DNA of 64,000 nucleotides from Vermamoeba vermiformis (lineage: Eukaryota). Positions 36,532 to 48,097 of the stretch are shown here, in pieces. The stretch is from assembly GCA_045837725.1 (NCBI GenBank), contig JBEWZL010000244.1:310001-374000 (forward strand), in the 5' to 3' direction. Position numbers and translations under genes: made by a program. The notes below the pieces were generated by a model, which worked only from the letters and a program-made list of their open reading frames with translations, was not told the origin of the DNA and made no database searches. Position 1 is the stretch's first letter. The number at the start of each line of letters is the position of its first letter.

Positions 36532-38933
36532 ATGCTTGCTCTTCAAAATACATTGCGAACACTGAGTTCAGCGAGCGCGATCAGATCCACACCGAATGTA
36601 ATTGCCAGAACAACCGTTTTAAAGGTATAATAAATTGTTATCTACATTTAATAGAGTTTATTTGCTAGTAAAATCTATTTTTTGACCTTTCGAGGTCAGA
36701 TCCAATTTCAACCCGGCAATTTTTTTCGTTCAAGTAATTTAGCAAATTCCCTCTTTGTGGCTATAATAATTAAAATATTATTTTATGTCTAAAATTAGTA
36801 TTAATTCAATTTTCTGATATCAGCTAAACCCGATCACGGGTCCAACGCACGATCGACTATTTGCTACGAAAAAAAAGATTAAAATGCCGTTAATTCAACC
36901 AAATGAGAAGCCCAAAAGTAAATATGACACTATGTTAAAGAAATCAATAGAACAGAAACGATCAATGAAAAAGAAACAGATCACATCCAAACCAGCGCAA
37001 ACTTCAACAGTTGTATCAAAAGCCAAACCGATTACAATCAATCCTACAGACAAAGAAAAATCTATTTTTGGAACAGCAAGCTTTGAGGACTTGAAATTAC
37101 GGTCAGAAATACTTGAGGCGTTAAAAGCAAACAATTTGCAAACACCGACTTGGATCCAAGTACGTACCACTCAAATGCTCTATTTGACCTTATGATTAGT
37201 ATTGCTACGTTATATTAGGCACTAAAAATAAAATAATATAGCAAGCCGCCATCCCTGAGATATTGGCTCATAAGTCAGGTGCCATTTTGTTCGCGGATCA
37301 AACAGGTAAAAAACAGATTTTGACTGCACAACGAAGTCTTAATAGCGGAATTGCAACTTATTATAGGCACTGGAAAAACATTAGGGTACTTGCTGCCAAT
37401 GATGCAAAAGTTAAAAGAAGACGAAGAAAAGGGCGTTGAAACCGTGCCTGGCAGACCACGTGGCATTATAATATTACCTAATAGAGAGCTCGCTCAACAA
37501 GTACTCGTAAGTACTATGGCACTACTATCTGAATAGTTGCCCGTAGAGCACGTGTCTTAATTTGGATGACACGTGTCACAAATATTTTTCACGGTTGCCA
37601 GATCAGCAACGGCGGAAAGTTCTAATCATAATAATATTATAGGGAGTGGCTAAGACAATTAGCCACTATTTGAAAATGCGTTGCAGAATAGTGAGTGGCG
37701 GTGAAGGCAAAAAATCACAAGCCAAAAATATTTTGGGCGATCCCGTTGATATTTTAGTCGCTACTCCCGGAAGAATATTACAACACAATTCTACAGGTAT
37801 ATATAATATTAATAATATACTGTTATTGATAATAATCTTTGCTTATTTAAAGATGCATTGTACTTTTCAAAAACGCGAATGATCGTGTTTGACGAGGCCG
37901 ATACATTACTAGTGAAAGATTTTAAAGACGATTTGGATAATATCTTATTGCCATTGAAGGCAAGTTACTATATTTAGATAAGTCATGACTTAACATTGCA
38001 GCTATTTTTAGAAAAGGGCTGCTAAAGGTGACCACTTGCAATTTATTTTCACCGGAGCTACGATGACCAAACAACTCGAACAATTTGTTAAACAAGAGTT
38101 CCCCGTACGTGTATATTATAGTATTGGTATTAATATAACACTAACTCTTCATAGAATGTCAAACAAATTACCTCACCAAAATTGCATAAAATTGCCAGCC
38201 ATTTGAAGCAACAATTCATTCGTACGGACGATAGGAAAAGTATGTAATGATACTATAGTAGTATTATAATGATATTAATGCTTATTTTGTCTTTGTAGAT
38301 AAGTTGATGGAAATATTGACGGATGCGACGGCAAGAAAGAAGCGCGTGATAGTATTCTGCAACACTATCCCTAGTTGTCGTGCTGTCGATCATTTCTTGC
38401 GCGAAAATAACTTTCAGACCTCGTGTTATCACGGCGAAATTAGACACAAAGTACGTTCAGTGAAAAAGCGGATCCGCACAGATCCAATTTTAATTATTTG
38501 CTTTATTTGTAGCAACGACGAACTTATTTCCAAGAATTTGTTGACGGCAAGACCTCCATATTAATTTCAACTGATATTGGATCACGTGGATTGGACACCA
38601 TCAATGTACGTACAATATTTTCCAGTCCAAATGCAACCAATCGTTAACTATTTCCTTATTTAGGTCGATCACGTGATTAATTTCGATTTTCCGTTGAGCA
38701 TCACTGATTACATTCATCGTATTGGTCGTACAGCTCGCGCAGGCAGATCTGGCTCGGTGACTTCACTGTTGCGCAAACGAGATGAAGTTCTGGCCAATAA
38801 TATCATCGTAAGAATGAAATTTCCTTATTTGGTAATACTATACTTACCTGCGTTACATTTTCAGAAAGCTGTCAGCGCTAATGACACGCTTGCGGGCTTG
38901 TCGTCAGTGAAAGGCACATTCAAAACTGAATAA
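36532..38933 (+). CDS. DEAD-box RNA helicase, probably organellar (DDX28/RH39/RH50-like)
   Basis: Presequence [19 protein letters not shown]. Motifs [38 protein letters not shown] and [10 protein letters not shown]. Confidence 0.93.
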
Positions 38934-39312
38934 GTGCAACAATAAAAGTAATACTGTGCTCTAAAATATCACGTGTTCGTTTGTTTTATTCATGGAATAT
39001 AGTTTTGTTTATTTCTCGAGAACGGTTGATTCGACAAAAAGTTGCGTTTTGTTTAAACACCAAGATCTTTTTAGGACACCACAACTCAACACAAAATGCA
39101 TCCGTTAATACTTTAAAGAATATTATCTATCATATAAGGTCAGGATGCAAAGAAGTGAAGCTTCCTTTGGGCAGCACGCTCAATTTGGAAAATTACATGT
39201 AATTTTTTTTAATTTCAAAAATTAAATTGCCCTTATTGTCCTATTATCCAAATCGACTGAAAGCTCAATATTACTGAATATACTAATTTTGGGTATTTTA
39301 AAGGAATTTTAA

Positions 39313-42171
39313 ATGATGGAGAAAGACGAACAGATCACAATTCTGACGAATAATATAATTAATCGTATAAAAGAAGTCGAGAAACATACTCAAAAACCAA
39401 CGGGTTCTCAAGTGAACGAGTTGAATTCAATAACGAATCCAGCGCAAAAGGCAGTTAGCGCGATCGTCATTTTGGTGCAGCTGGGTATCGATAAATTAGC
39501 ACTGAATATCACAGCAGACACCGAATTATTTATGAAGGAGGTTATACAATTAGTGCAATGCTCGGAGGAGATTAAAGAAGGTTTGCGATCTTGGCAGATG
39601 TACCGAGAAAACATTTTGTTCCTTTTGTTCCGTCTTCCCTTTATAAGCCCCTACTCTGTTAAGTATGTTCTAAGTAGTACAATTATACAATAGAACGTAA
39701 CACAACGTAATTTAAGACTCATTTCAAATGCTTTTTACTTTCGAATTTATTTTAATTTTAATTACCCTAATTAATTTAATCATATAACAGAAAGTTAGTA
39801 GACGTACTTGGCGAAGATATGCTTGAGCAGACAAATTATTATAATCAGATCTGTCTCACTGTAATACCAGAATACTACAAGTTTTCATTTACGATCGTGA
39901 CGAAACTGTTCAACAAACCAAAATATCTTAATTTGGTAAAATCTCACTGGCTAAATGAGCTCATGAAGAGACCTTCATATGACAAAGACGTAGCTTTTGA
40001 GCTGTTCGACTATTTTGAATGGAAGCCGCGAGAAAAATTAGCGTGGGAGAAAACCATCAAATTAAACGAAGATGATACTATCGTTAATGAACAACAAACA
40101 AAATTATGGTTATTATTAGCTCAGAAATTTCCTGACGAGTACGTAACTAAGTTGAATTTTTAAAAATTTGTAACTTCCTAATTTGGTTATTTTTTCCCTA
40201 GAAATGACGCAGCAGTTGCCATGCAAAAATTGAAATTCTTTTTGGGGACTGCAAGAATAGGGGTCGCAGAAAAATTATTTATGGCGTTCCCAAAGCAGAT
40301 TTGTTTGACGGCTATGATGTCCGACGATAATTCCCCGTGGCCACGATCAAATTCAAAGATTATACATCATCATATCTTATCAGCTTGCAGAAGAATTCCT
40401 ATTCATGAAATTACAGACAAATTGAAGCGAGGCGTCGCTAAATTTCATGCGGATCTGAAACATTACTTAATAAGGAATTTTAAGACACCCAAATGGATAT
40501 TAGAGATATTTGCTAATAATATAGTTCCGAATAGCAAAGGTATAGTGCTTTCTTACCATTTTTTTCGAATCATCGGCTGGATCTGAACCAATTTTTTTTA
40601 ACAGACTTTTTCAGCTTGGCCAATCAACGCCCTATTAATGATAATAGTCTTATTTACAACGATCCATTTAATTTCGAGGAACTACCGAGCGATATAATCT
40701 ATTGTATTGTGCGACTATTGAGCTACAAACAAATTGTTCCGCTGTCATTGACCAACAAACGGATCCACGGTGTTCTTTTGAAGGACGATTATATTATGTG
40801 CCACTACATTAAAAGATACTTTACTGGCATTACAATGCAGCCGTCAGAGTTCCAGCGAAGATTAAAGTACGTACCTTATTATTTAAAAAATCAGATCTTA
40901 ATTAATTTACATTGAGCAGATCCAGAGAGAAAAAATATCGCTTAATGAAGCATTTACCAGAAAATGCTAAATTTAAGTCGTTAGAGTTAGGCAGAAATGA
41001 TCTATTGATTGCGAATTTACAGATAAGCAGATTTATCGCAAATTCTCAATTTGCGAATCTCACATGGTACCGGGGATTTGAAAATAATGACGAAATTTCA
41101 ACAGTTGTAAATTGTACGATGTATGATTGGCCCAAAGCACCGAATTTATCCGCTCGATTGTACAAACATCGATTAATATTTGCAATTAACGGCAACAAGT
41201 TGAGAATTCTGATAACGAACCCAAATGTTAAGTATAGCCTGCTTCAAGAGCATGAAATTACAAGTGATTTGATAAACACAGAAACCGGATTTTTTCAACT
41301 GAAGCACCAAAAGTTGATCGGATGCGGTAAGAAAAGTGATGCAACGATTAGTCAGCCTTTACCTTATTTATATCACTCGTATATAACTTATATATCATTT
41401 ATAAATGCACTTTGGCTTCAGTACAGCCTGGTGACACTTTGACACTTTGACACTTCACCGGGACGTGACGTGTCATTTTTTGACACTTCAATGTTATCGC
41501 TATTTCTGACGTGTTACTTTCAGGCTATTGGATGGACTTGACGACCAATCAGATTCAACCATACCCCTGGACCACTGACCTCTGCACAGTACAGATGCAC
41601 AGCGATGACAACAAGACAGGGTACGGCCTTGACAAGTCGTGCAAGTGGCTCCAACAGTTCGATGCACGCACACCAAGTGTCACCTCGTCACAGAGTGTTG
41701 TAAATGTGCGCGATGGAGTGGTGCAGAACTTTGCAGTGCGCAATGACAGTGACGCGATGTTTGTTGTTGCACGACACGTGTCAGAGTGGGACAGACGGTT
41801 CTTGCACGCACCTGTCAGAATGTCCACTGATCCCAATCTCACGTACTCCGAGCACCGGGTAATGGCTTGAACCACCTTTGACTTGCCACCTGTACTAATA
41901 TGAGTCATATTGATAGGGTCAGTATCGTCCAGCAATCGATTTGACATCGATGAAAGTGATTGGTCGAGAGCAGATCTGGGATCTCGCTGATTTTACCTGG
42001 AAGTTCGATCAAAACTTGAACTATCCTATTCATACGGCTAGCAATGGTCAGTTTTGTGTTTATAGACAGCGGAAAATAATGGCCCATACTGATTGGGTGC
42101 TTGCTTCGCTGAATTTTTGTCGCATGGGATGTAACAGCTACTTAGGCAAGGATTACTACTTTGTACCTTAA
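39313..42171 (+). CDS. Central-F-box family protein (helical N-terminus, F-box, propeller-like C-terminus)
   Basis: FEELPSDIIYCIVRLLSYKQIVPLSLTNKRIH. The junctions I checked (e.g. SKD|FFS, GCG|YWM, EHR|GQY) are in frame. Paralog of 48098..50908. Confidence 0.8.
40485..40768. repeat. Near-identical inverted repeat block A (partner 49434-49718)
   Basis: Direct comparison shows high identity, including the intron before the F-box exon. Confidence 0.9.
41432..41455 (+). repeat. Intronic tandem repeat (TGACACTT)x3
   Basis: tgacactt tgacactt tgacactt read directly. Confidence 0.85.
41503..42008. repeat. Near-identical inverted repeat block B (partner 48231-48737)
   Basis: About 500 bp nearly identical on the opposite strand, including an intron. 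Confidence 0.92.
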
Positions 42172-42411
42172 CAACTGTATAGCTGCCCTGTAGCGTAGTT
42201 AAAACCGTATTAAAGATAAATGATCTAAACTTTGACATGGCAGAAAAAAAAATTCTAAATTAATTAATAAACCGAAAATTGTTTAATTGTCTACCATGAT
42301 TTCGCCTCTATCTATCATATGTAACCAAATATTATTAGAGTCTTCGTAAATATTTTTTGCGATCCGGATCGCAAGGCCAAAATCTTTGAAATTCGTGGCT
42401 AATTGTATTTA

Positions 42412-43002
42412 TTAATTACCGACACAAGTGGAAATGCTCTTCTGTTGACAAGTGTTCGTAGTATAAGTAAATGTTTGAGGAGGAATGTTCGGATTTGGGG
42501 TGCAGTTCAAAGTTTGAACGTTGTAATCGACGTAAGTGACGGTATTGGCAGAGCAAGTAGCAGTATATGACGGATAAAGAGTGCCAACGAAGGATCTGCA
42601 AGTATCTAAGCCACGCACTGAAGTGTAGGAGATCTGACCGTTGCAATCTGCCGTCGAGTAGAATTTTTGAACCCAATAATTATTTCCGGCGTATTTAGAG
42701 TAATCAGGCTCAGTAGTGGAACACAACATTGCCTTATTAGCCACGCAGTTGCTTAAAGGAAGAGTCTTCTCGATCTTGCAAGTTGAGCAGCTTGAATCTG
42801 TGCAAGTCATCAAGTTGTAGTTGGATCCAGCGCATTGATATTTTTTAAATGATTTTCCTTGACGGAAACAATTGCCATTGGACGCAAATAATGAATAGAA
42901 CTCGTCGGGTTTTTCACATCCGTCAACATTGACCAACCAATCGGCTGAAGCAATAGCTACGATAGCCGCGAGCACAAACAATAATAAAGAGGTGCGTTGC
43001 AT
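42412..43002 (-). CDS. Intronless secreted cysteine-rich protein (196 aa)
   Basis: Signal peptide MQRTSLLLFVLAAIVAIASA, 14 Cys, and a two-fold internal repeat pattern. Confidence 0.85.
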   Translation of the reverse strand: MQRTSLLLFVLAAIVAIASADWLVNVDGCEKPDEFYSLFASNGNCFRQGKSFKKYQCAGSNYNLMTCTDSSCSTCKIEKTLPLSNCVANKAMLCSTTEPDYSKYAGNNYWVQKFYSTADCNGQISYTSVRGLDTCRSFVGTLYPSYTATCSANTVTYVDYNVQTLNCTPNPNIPPQTFTYTTNTCQQKSISTCVGN

Positions 43003-43346
43003 TGTGTTAGATATTATTTCAATAAACAAGAATCACTAAGGGACTGATTTTTTTTTTTTTGTCCTCTTTGTTGACACGCGTCAAAACCACGTGCTTAGAA
43101 GCTTAATTTAGCTTACTTCGAACCCTGAATAGCGTACTATGATTAACCGGTATTCACAGTCATGCGGTTATCAACATTAATTAGAGCAGTAAATTTTATC
43201 GATAAAAAGTTTGGGATCTGGATCTGCTTGAGAAGGCTTAGTGGATCTTGTTAGCACTGACTGATTATGTAGTATGAACCGGTTTGTGCATATTAGACTT
43301 TCATCATACATTTATATTATACATAAGATACAATGCGACAAGGCCG

Positions 43347-45210
43347 TTACCAATAGCGACACTTCTTGCTGACAACGCCAGGGCCGTACTCGTCGTATTC
43401 TGCTTTTGAGATCCACTGGTCCTGAAACGAGGTCAGATTGGCCATAATAGCACCACCTATCCAATTGCTGTAATGACGCTCTGGCGGAGCTACAACTTTA
43501 ATTCTCTTCTCCGCAGCGACTGGAGCGATACCTTTCATTTCTTTGTGTAGCCGATCCGCGAATCCAGGAATTTTGGTAGATCCGCCCGCAAGAAGGATGT
43601 TGCTGTAACAGACTGGCACGTTATCACCTTGTGTGGCCTGAATAGCTTGATTAAGGAGCTCGTGGACTCCTGGCGTTTCTAAGCCGACTAAGTCCGGTCG
43701 AAAGAGCGCTTCAGGACATCGGAACCTTTCAGTGTCTATAAAAGGAAATAAAAACGAACGTCAGTATCTCGCTGGCGAGATCGAAAATAAAATTGATAAA
43801 AAAATGTAAATTGAATTCATTAATCAACGATTAACCTTTCGCTAAGTTCTTCAAGAAAATATGCCATAGGTTTATAAGATGGAGTAAACTGGCGTAACTT
43901 GAAGACAATGAAAAGGTTTTGTACTGGATGTACTTACTCAAAGTAATCACTTGCTCGTCCCTTAATGTATATTCTTTCTGTCTATCATTGCTGCTCGCAA
44001 AATAGCGCAACTCTTCTTCGTAATCCAATGCTACGTAACACGTCTGCTCCTTGATGTCCCGAATAATTTCGAAATCCGCTGATCTGCTCGCCAAGTAAAC
44101 CCTTTAACATGCATTAATATTACATAATGCCGAATATCAATCGAATTATAATATCGTACCCTGATTCTGTCAATAATCGTCCCATATAATGCGTCAGATC
44201 TCGTCCTGCGAAATTTACTCGTCGAGCTCCTTGCATAAGAATTCTACCTCCAAGAATAGGTGAAATACTCATCACCCCATCTCCTATAATAATATATGTG
44301 TAATTAATCGTGTTACAACCGATTAAGACCGAACCAAGATCCGTACTCCAAAAACAGATCCGTTACACAAGGTTCAGCGACTACGTACCAATATCAAGTA
44401 CTATGCCCGAACTTCTTCCACTAGCCATTAGCCCTCCTACAGGTGTGGGAACGAGATAAAATGCAGGCACATTGAATTCTTCGAAAAATATCATAGTTGT
44501 CTTTTCGCGTTGGTGCAGCGAAGTAAATGGTGTGTCGAGCATTAATACACGGTGCTCTTCAGGATTGACTCGCACCTCGTTATGAAAGAAATGCGACCAC
44601 ACTAGCGTCATGGCTCCCCAATCCGTAATAACACCTGCAGAAATATTTAGCCTTATTAATTCAGATTTTTATTATTGTTAAGCCGGTCATTACCGAGAAC
44701 TCGATATATATGTTTATGTACGTATTAGGTTATAAATGCGTTCGAAGCCAACAGTTGAAAGATCTACAAATTTGTATGCGTACAAAAATAGATCTAGCTT
44801 ACCGTGTTCCATAGGGTATCGGAGCGCTAATCGTCCTCTTGAAGATTGAGCTGCATCGCCGACAACTATATACGACAGATTTTAATTCGGTGGTAGAAGT
44901 GTAATTTAAAGACTTGCGGATGTGATCTTAAACTAAGACTTACCGTAAGGTGCAACATGCAATTGAATTGCAGCAAAATTACGAGGGACTCCTATTATGT
45001 TCGGGAATGAGTATGGCCCATCGTGCGTTGAGTAAGTACCGCGAAAGACGCCTTTAAAAAATTAGTAAATTATTATTCGCTGTAAAATACAAAAATTGAT
45101 GGCCACAGTAATATTCTAATTTTTAGAGAATATTTGACAATAAATTAAATTTATAAGACTTGCTTACCTGTACCGTTATCAATTACAAGCGGTAGTGCCT
45201 CATCTGCCAT
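43347..45210 (-). CDS. Divergent actin / actin-related protein
   Basis: LVIDNGTG, LRYPMEHG|VITDW, VNPEEHRVL, FEEFNVPAFY, GIVLDIG|DGV, AGRDLT, ERFRCPEALF, APPERHYSNWIGG and WISKAEYDEYGP. Confidence 0.93.
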
Positions 45211-45547
45211 AATTTAAACAGTTGAAAACAGATATTTCGAGGATTAATACTAACTATTAACAAATATTAATTGTGCTCGTGCTTTTGTTACGAACTCATT
45301 TTTAATTTGGACGACATTTTTGCTAGCTAAACCAAAACACTAATTGAGATGAAAGCTTGCAATAGGATGGACGGTGGCATGCATTACGATATTCCTAAAA
45401 CATTAATTTTCCATTAACAAACGATTTTTCGTAATTTCAAAAAGATTTTTTCCGTTTTTTCCAACGGCGGGCATTAAAAGTCGCAAAGTCATTTTGTTAC
45501 GATAAACAACACCGAAATACAACATAATAGTATAATATATTAACAAT

Positions 45548-46141
45548 ATGGCCGATCAGAACTCTAAGCAAGCTAAAGAGCCTTCATTCTGGGACAAAGT
45601 TGAACGGGAGTGGAACAAAGTCGCAACCAAACTCGACGATATATTCACTCCTGAAGAGAATAAGGATAAAGAAGGTAATTATACTGCTAAATAATATTTT
45701 TGCACGAAGATTATGCTCGTTTCGGATTTGGAAATTACGAAAAATATTTGCTGATAATTTTGTATAGGCCAGAAAAAAGAACAGAATGGTCAACCTTCAT
45801 ATGTAAATCATAGCTCACCACAAGGTATGTGTAAATAATTTTAAAATATTTAATGAAAAAATCCGGATTTGACACGTCAACTTAATCCAGCCCAAAACTA
45901 TCAACAACCTCCTCCTTTACCACCAAAGCACGCCCAAAGCCAACAAGCACCTCCATTGCCTCCTAAGCACGCTAACGGCACTGACAATACTCACTCGCAA
46001 TCAGAAGAAAAGCCGAAAGAAGAAAAAGGTCTCGTAAAAGATCTGGAAAAAGCGGGCAACGCCGTCGCTAAATGGTTCGATGACCTAGGCAATAAGCTCG
46101 ATAAAGCTATTGACGGTGATAAAACTACCGCCAAAAAGTAG
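45548..46141 (+). CDS. Small hydrophilic protein with two PPLPPKH motifs
   Basis: Three exons: MADQNSKQAKEPSFWDKVEREWNKVATKLDDIF...|GQKKEQ...|AQNYQQPPPLPPKHAQSQQAPPLPPKH...AKK*. Confidence 0.8.
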
Positions 46142-46645
46142 ATTCTTCTGGATCAACATTTTTGTCTAATTCCTGTAAATAAATTACCTAATTGCGTAGC
46201 CTTTTGCTTCTTTATTATCATTCATTAAACTACTGTATCAAACGCATCCTAAGCATTACAGTTGATGTTACAACTTAAGTCCGGATTTGGTACCCACTGT
46301 CACACGTCGTACCAAAAGCTGGAACTGACATTCTTCGTCATTTTAGCTAAAAATTGGCACTTCAATCAAGGTTGACATCCGTTTGGACAACATCGACTAC
46401 GCCAAGCTAACAAACTAATGCCAGATCAACACAGCCCAGAAATCTGCAGCGCAATACACCTCTCGTGAGAAACGCTCGGACAGAAATACAACAAGATTGT
46501 AACGAAGAAATTGAATTTAATCGCTTTGTTCCTACGTCTGAAACTTGAATAAAATTCATTCGTTACAAATCTAGGAAACCGAACCGTATTACCGGTAAGT
46601 TTTCGCTCCGACTCCTACAATGTTGCTAATTCATAACAGAGCCAT

Positions 46646-47885
46646 CTATTGATTACCAGCTTGCTTCTTTCTCAAAGTTTTGTATTGTTCGATCAGATCC
46701 TTAACAGCAGTAACGTTGGGGATGCCGACGAAAGCAAACAAGCCGTACCCGTAGTGATGATTGCCGTGGTATGCTATTCATAACAAGAGTCAGTATTTGT
46801 TAGTAGTAATTAATGTTTTTGTATGCACGATCCGGGTTTGGTACTTACCTCCATGGGCAATAGCAGCAGCGCTGAAAGTTAAAGTGCCACTACCGTCATC
46901 CTTGCGAGTAATAGTAGTTTGATGAATGCCATCGAGGTCATAAGCACGCACTGTTTCGATTTTTGCACCGCATCCGCCACTTCGGATCGACGAAAAAATG
47001 AAAACACGTTTGCTAGTCAACGCGTAGATCACTGAGTTAGCAGTGGCTTTGGATGAAATTCCGGCAATCAAGTAGATAAGGAGGCTTAATAATAACGAGA
47101 ATTAATTTTTTTGAACAGATCACATCTAAATAGTTTGGTTACGTACGCAAAAACAAGGATGGGCACCCACATGGAGATAAAAACAACATCGATATCGCCA
47201 TCAAAAATGCACATGAAGGCAATGGACGTGGCCAATCCAGTGGCAACAAAGAACAAAGCAAAAATTAAAACGATCAAAATAGAGCGTCGAACTAAATTTA
47301 AATGTTAGATCGCACTTCCAAAAAGGACCTAAATGATAATACTTACGAGGAGAAACAGTTTCGTGGGCCCAAACAAGGTGCTCGTCATGACGAAGTTCGC
47401 CAATCAAGCTGGGACGGCTTTTAGCTGAGACAGTGATGTTGGTTGACACAACGCCTTCGGGCAATGTCGAATTCATCAATGATTGTCTGAAACACGCAAT
47501 ATTAATTTTATAATTATTAAAATATTGCTTGTATAACAAACGCAATTTCGGATCACGCCCCCTCGGCTCCAATTTTAAATTTCAATATTTAAAATTAGTT
47601 AATTAATATTACGTACTTTTCAACGTCTGAAGAACTAAGGTCAGGCTTGGCTCTGGCTACTTTAATTATCCAAAATATATTCAGCAGGGTGAAAAGTACC
47701 GAAGATGATGGCTATTAAATTAATTAGATATCGTGCACGGAATCAAATGGTATTAAAAGCACTTACTGAACGCCAAAGAAGCTGCCAGGAAAGGATGGTG
47801 GGCTGTAACTGCTCGGATTTGACAAGCTAGGGTGGCTGGCAAACGCGGCAGTCGCGGATAACAAAACTAAAATAAAGGCTTTCAT
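46646..47885 (-). CDS. Membrane protein with two TM segments and a bacterial PH-like (bPH) C-terminal domain; 5' structure uncertain
   Basis: ELRHDEHLVWA, two hydrophobic segments, YALTSKRVFIF, DDGSGTLTF and FVGIPNVTAVKDLI. The ATG at 47885 begins a signal-peptide-like exon, but the simplest splicing puts it out of frame. Confidence 0.62.
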
Positions 47886-48097
47886 TTTGATTGTAACGAT
47901 TCGATTGTGATTTTGAAACTAAATATTTGGATGAAGATTATTTATAGGTTCGTTTTTTCCGATCCTCACTTTTTTTCGTATTTCCGATTTCGGACTGGAA
48001 CTTGCAACAGAAAAATCGAACCAAGAATGGGACGAGCGCGCACATTCGAGTGTTATAATGCATCCGTTCTCTAGATTCGCACGCTTTATTATTAATT

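Noticed and set aside
38050-38070. DEAD-box motif III reads GAT instead of SAT
   Set aside because: A minor variant with all other helicase motifs intact; not enough to infer altered function.
38840-38850. ATACTTACCTG, identical to the U1 snRNA 5' end
   Set aside because: It lies in a short intron of the DEAD-box gene near the branch/acceptor region, and no U1 stem-loops or Sm site follow.
41860-41940. Apparent premature stop in the F-box paralogs (ORF ends at 41870 and 48369)
   Set aside because: The stop lies inside a GT-AG intron (about 41859-41916), and splicing restores the frame.
41555-41947. 130-aa antisense ORF 'conserved' at 48292..48684
   Set aside because: The conservation is explained by the near-identical DNA of repeat block B.
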